Source: the human T2T-CHM13v2.0 reference genome, Homo sapiens. From it: DNA of 64,000 nucleotides. The stretch lies in assembly GCF_009914755.1 (NCBI RefSeq), contig NC_060928.1. One strand, written 5' to 3'. Shown here piece after piece: positions 61,553 to 64,000 of this stretch (position 1 is the stretch's first letter; the number at the start of each line of letters is the position of its first letter). Below the pieces are notes generated by a model, which was not told where the DNA came from, did no database searches, and saw only the letters and a program-made list of their open reading frames with translations. A program made the position numbers and the translations under genes.

Positions 61553-62212
61553 TAAATTCTTTAGGGAGAAGGAAAGAGATATAGATCAGAAATTTGGATG
61601 TACATCGAGAAAGAGAGAACATCATAGAAAGAATAAAGAAAGGTAAACTAAAATCTTCTATTTTTCTTATTCATAATTGATCTAAAAGATGACTGTTGGT
61701 TGAAAGCAAAAAATAATAACAATGTAATGGGTGATTATAGGAGATGGATGACTAAAATAAATGGGAGCAATGACTTAAGGGAAAGGATTGAGGAAGTGGA
61801 AATTTGCTGTTACAAGATAGTTGCATTACGTGCGAAATGGTATAGCATAATTTGGGGGTAGACATAGATTACTAAAAAATGTATATTGTGAACTCTAGAC
61901 AACCACTAAAAATTTGTTGTAAAAATGTGAAGTTGATAGGATAAGATGGGATTTAAAATAAAATAATAAACATATGCTTAATTAAAACCATAAAGCAGAC
62001 AAGAGGGAAAAAGAAATAAGGAACAAATGCAATGAATAAGAAATGGTTACAAACAATCCAAATATATCAATAATCACTTTAAATGTGAATAGTCTAAATT
62101 CACCAATTAAAAGATGGAAATTGTCAGAATGGATTAAAAAAAGAACACCTAAAAACAGCTGTCTAGAAGAGACCTATGTTAAATATAAAGATTCGGGTTA
62201 ATAGTGAAAGTG

Positions 62213-62688
62213 TGTAGCACCACTATTCACCTTAGCCAAAAGGTAGAAACAACTTTATTGTCCATCAATGAATGAATGGATAAACAAATTGTAAGTATAT
62301 AGATATAATGAAATATTATTTAGCTATCCAAATAATAAAGTACAAATATACATTAGAACAAGGGTGAACCTCAAAAACATTATGCTAAATGAAATAAGCC
62401 AGACATAAGAGGCCACATATTATGATTCCATTTATATGAAATGTCCAGACTAGGAAAATCCATAGAGACAGAAAGCGTATTCATGGTTACCAGAGGCTGT
62501 AGGGAAACATGATTGAAGAATAACTGCATATTAGGTATGGCGTTTCCTTCTAGGTTATGAAAATGTTTAGGGATGAGACAAAGGTGTTGGTTGCACAACA
62601 TTGTTGATAGACTAAATGCCACTAAATTGCTTTAAATAACTTTAAAATTGCTAATTTTATGCTATGTAAATTTTATCTCAAAAAAAAC
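62213..62688 (+). mobile_element. L1MB-like 3' end
   Basis: GCCAAAAGGTAGAAACAAC, ATGATTCCATTTATATGAAATGTCCAGA, AATGCCACTAAATTG, A tail. Confidence 0.85.
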
Positions 62689-63854
62689 ATGAAGGGTGGA
62701 GAAAGATATGTTATGCTAAAACTAATCAAAAGAGAGCTGGAACAACCATGTTAATTTCAGACAAAGTGGCTTCAAAACAAGAAAAAATGATCATGGATAA
62801 AGAGGCGCACTACATAAAAGAGTGGGTTCTCCAAGTAGCCATAACAATTATAAATGTTTTTGCACCTAACAACAGCGAATAAAAATATGTGAGGCAAAAA
62901 CTAATACAACTGCGAAGGAAAACAATTTTTGCTATTATAAGTGAAGACATAAACATCCCCTCTTTCAGTAATGATAGATCAAGAAGGCCGAAAATGAGGT
63001 TACAGTTAACCTGAAAAGCACCATCAATCAACTTGATATGATTGGCATCCTTAACTTGACAAATATTGCCTACAAATTATTTGCAACTGATATAATACTT
63101 AATGGTGAGAAACTTGACATTTTCCTCCTAAGATTAGGAATGAAGTAAGAATGTCCATAACCATTTTTAGACATCATTATACTGGAATTCCTAGCTAGGT
63201 CATTAAGACAAAGAAAGGAAATAAAAGGCATATAGATTGGGAAAGAATAAATAAAACTTTCTTTACAGATAACATGACTGTTGATGTAGAAGTCCTCAAA
63301 GAATGAACAAAAACAAAAACAAATTTCCTGAAACTATTAACCAAGTATAGACTAAGGAGACATAATAATTAAATGCAATGTGATATCATAGATGGAATGC
63401 TGGAACATAAACGGAACATTAGGTAACAAAGAAGCTGAAATAAAGTGTAGACTTTAGTAATGACATATCAGTATCAGTTCATTAACTGTATCAAATGTAC
63501 TATACTAGTATTAATATGTAAATAATAGGAGAAACTGGGTGTAGTGTATGTAGAAACTCACTGTATAATCCTTGCAATTTTTCTACAAATCTAAAATTGT
63601 TTTAGATAAAGTTTATTTTAAAAAGAAATTAATTTTAGGCAAATATCTGTCTGCTTAGAGAGAGAAGAGACTAGCTGAAGTCTCTGGTCCATAGAATAAC
63701 TGCTGTTTGATTACAAAATGGGTACTTAACAACGGAAAAAAAAAAAGAAATAAATAGCCAGTGAATCAAACCAATGATATCACTGTTACAGAATTTCTCA
63801 GAAGAGATATGCTATCTGCTTACATTAGAAAAATGTTGCAGAAAAAAATGTCTA

Positions 63855-64000
63855 TGTAAGCTAGCATTTGAATCACTTAATCTAAACAAGCTCCTAACCT
63901 TCCTGTGCTTAAGTTTCCTTCTCTGTAAAATGGTAATAAATGTATCATTTATCTGATACAAGTGTTAGGAGCACAAATGGGTTAATAATGGAAAGTACTT
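63855..64000 (+). mobile_element. MIR remnant
   Basis: CTGTGCTTAAGTTTCCTTCTCTGTAAAATGG core. Confidence 0.7.

Overview
Primate (human-like) AT-rich non-coding DNA, probably the intron of a large gene or intergenic sequence. It is dominated by interspersed repeats: about 17 Alu, FLAM and FAM copies, a near full-length decayed L1PA (52.7-59.2 kb), older L1M fragments, L2 and MIR remnants, THE1/MST/MLT1/MER LTR elements, and hAT and Tigger DNA transposons. No intact protein-coding gene is present; the ORF track is Alu, L1, THE1 or low-complexity sequence. I found no convincing new biological system. The strongest observations are: (1) a candidate 21-nt frame-preserving microexon at 9734-9754; (2) a ~3.1-kb inversion (16849-19962) shown by a split Alu and a split THE1 whose halves are swapped; (3) a templated insertion in a Tigger3 that appears copied from an L1MC 7.4 kb away and ends at a MER44A border; (4) several atypical retrotransposition products, namely a 5'-inverted Alu, a tail-less Alu with TSDs, and an L1 made only of poly(A) plus an inverted ORF2 piece. 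Subfamily names come from remembered consensus motifs and boundaries of old elements are approximate; RepeatMasker/Dfam would be needed to confirm them.
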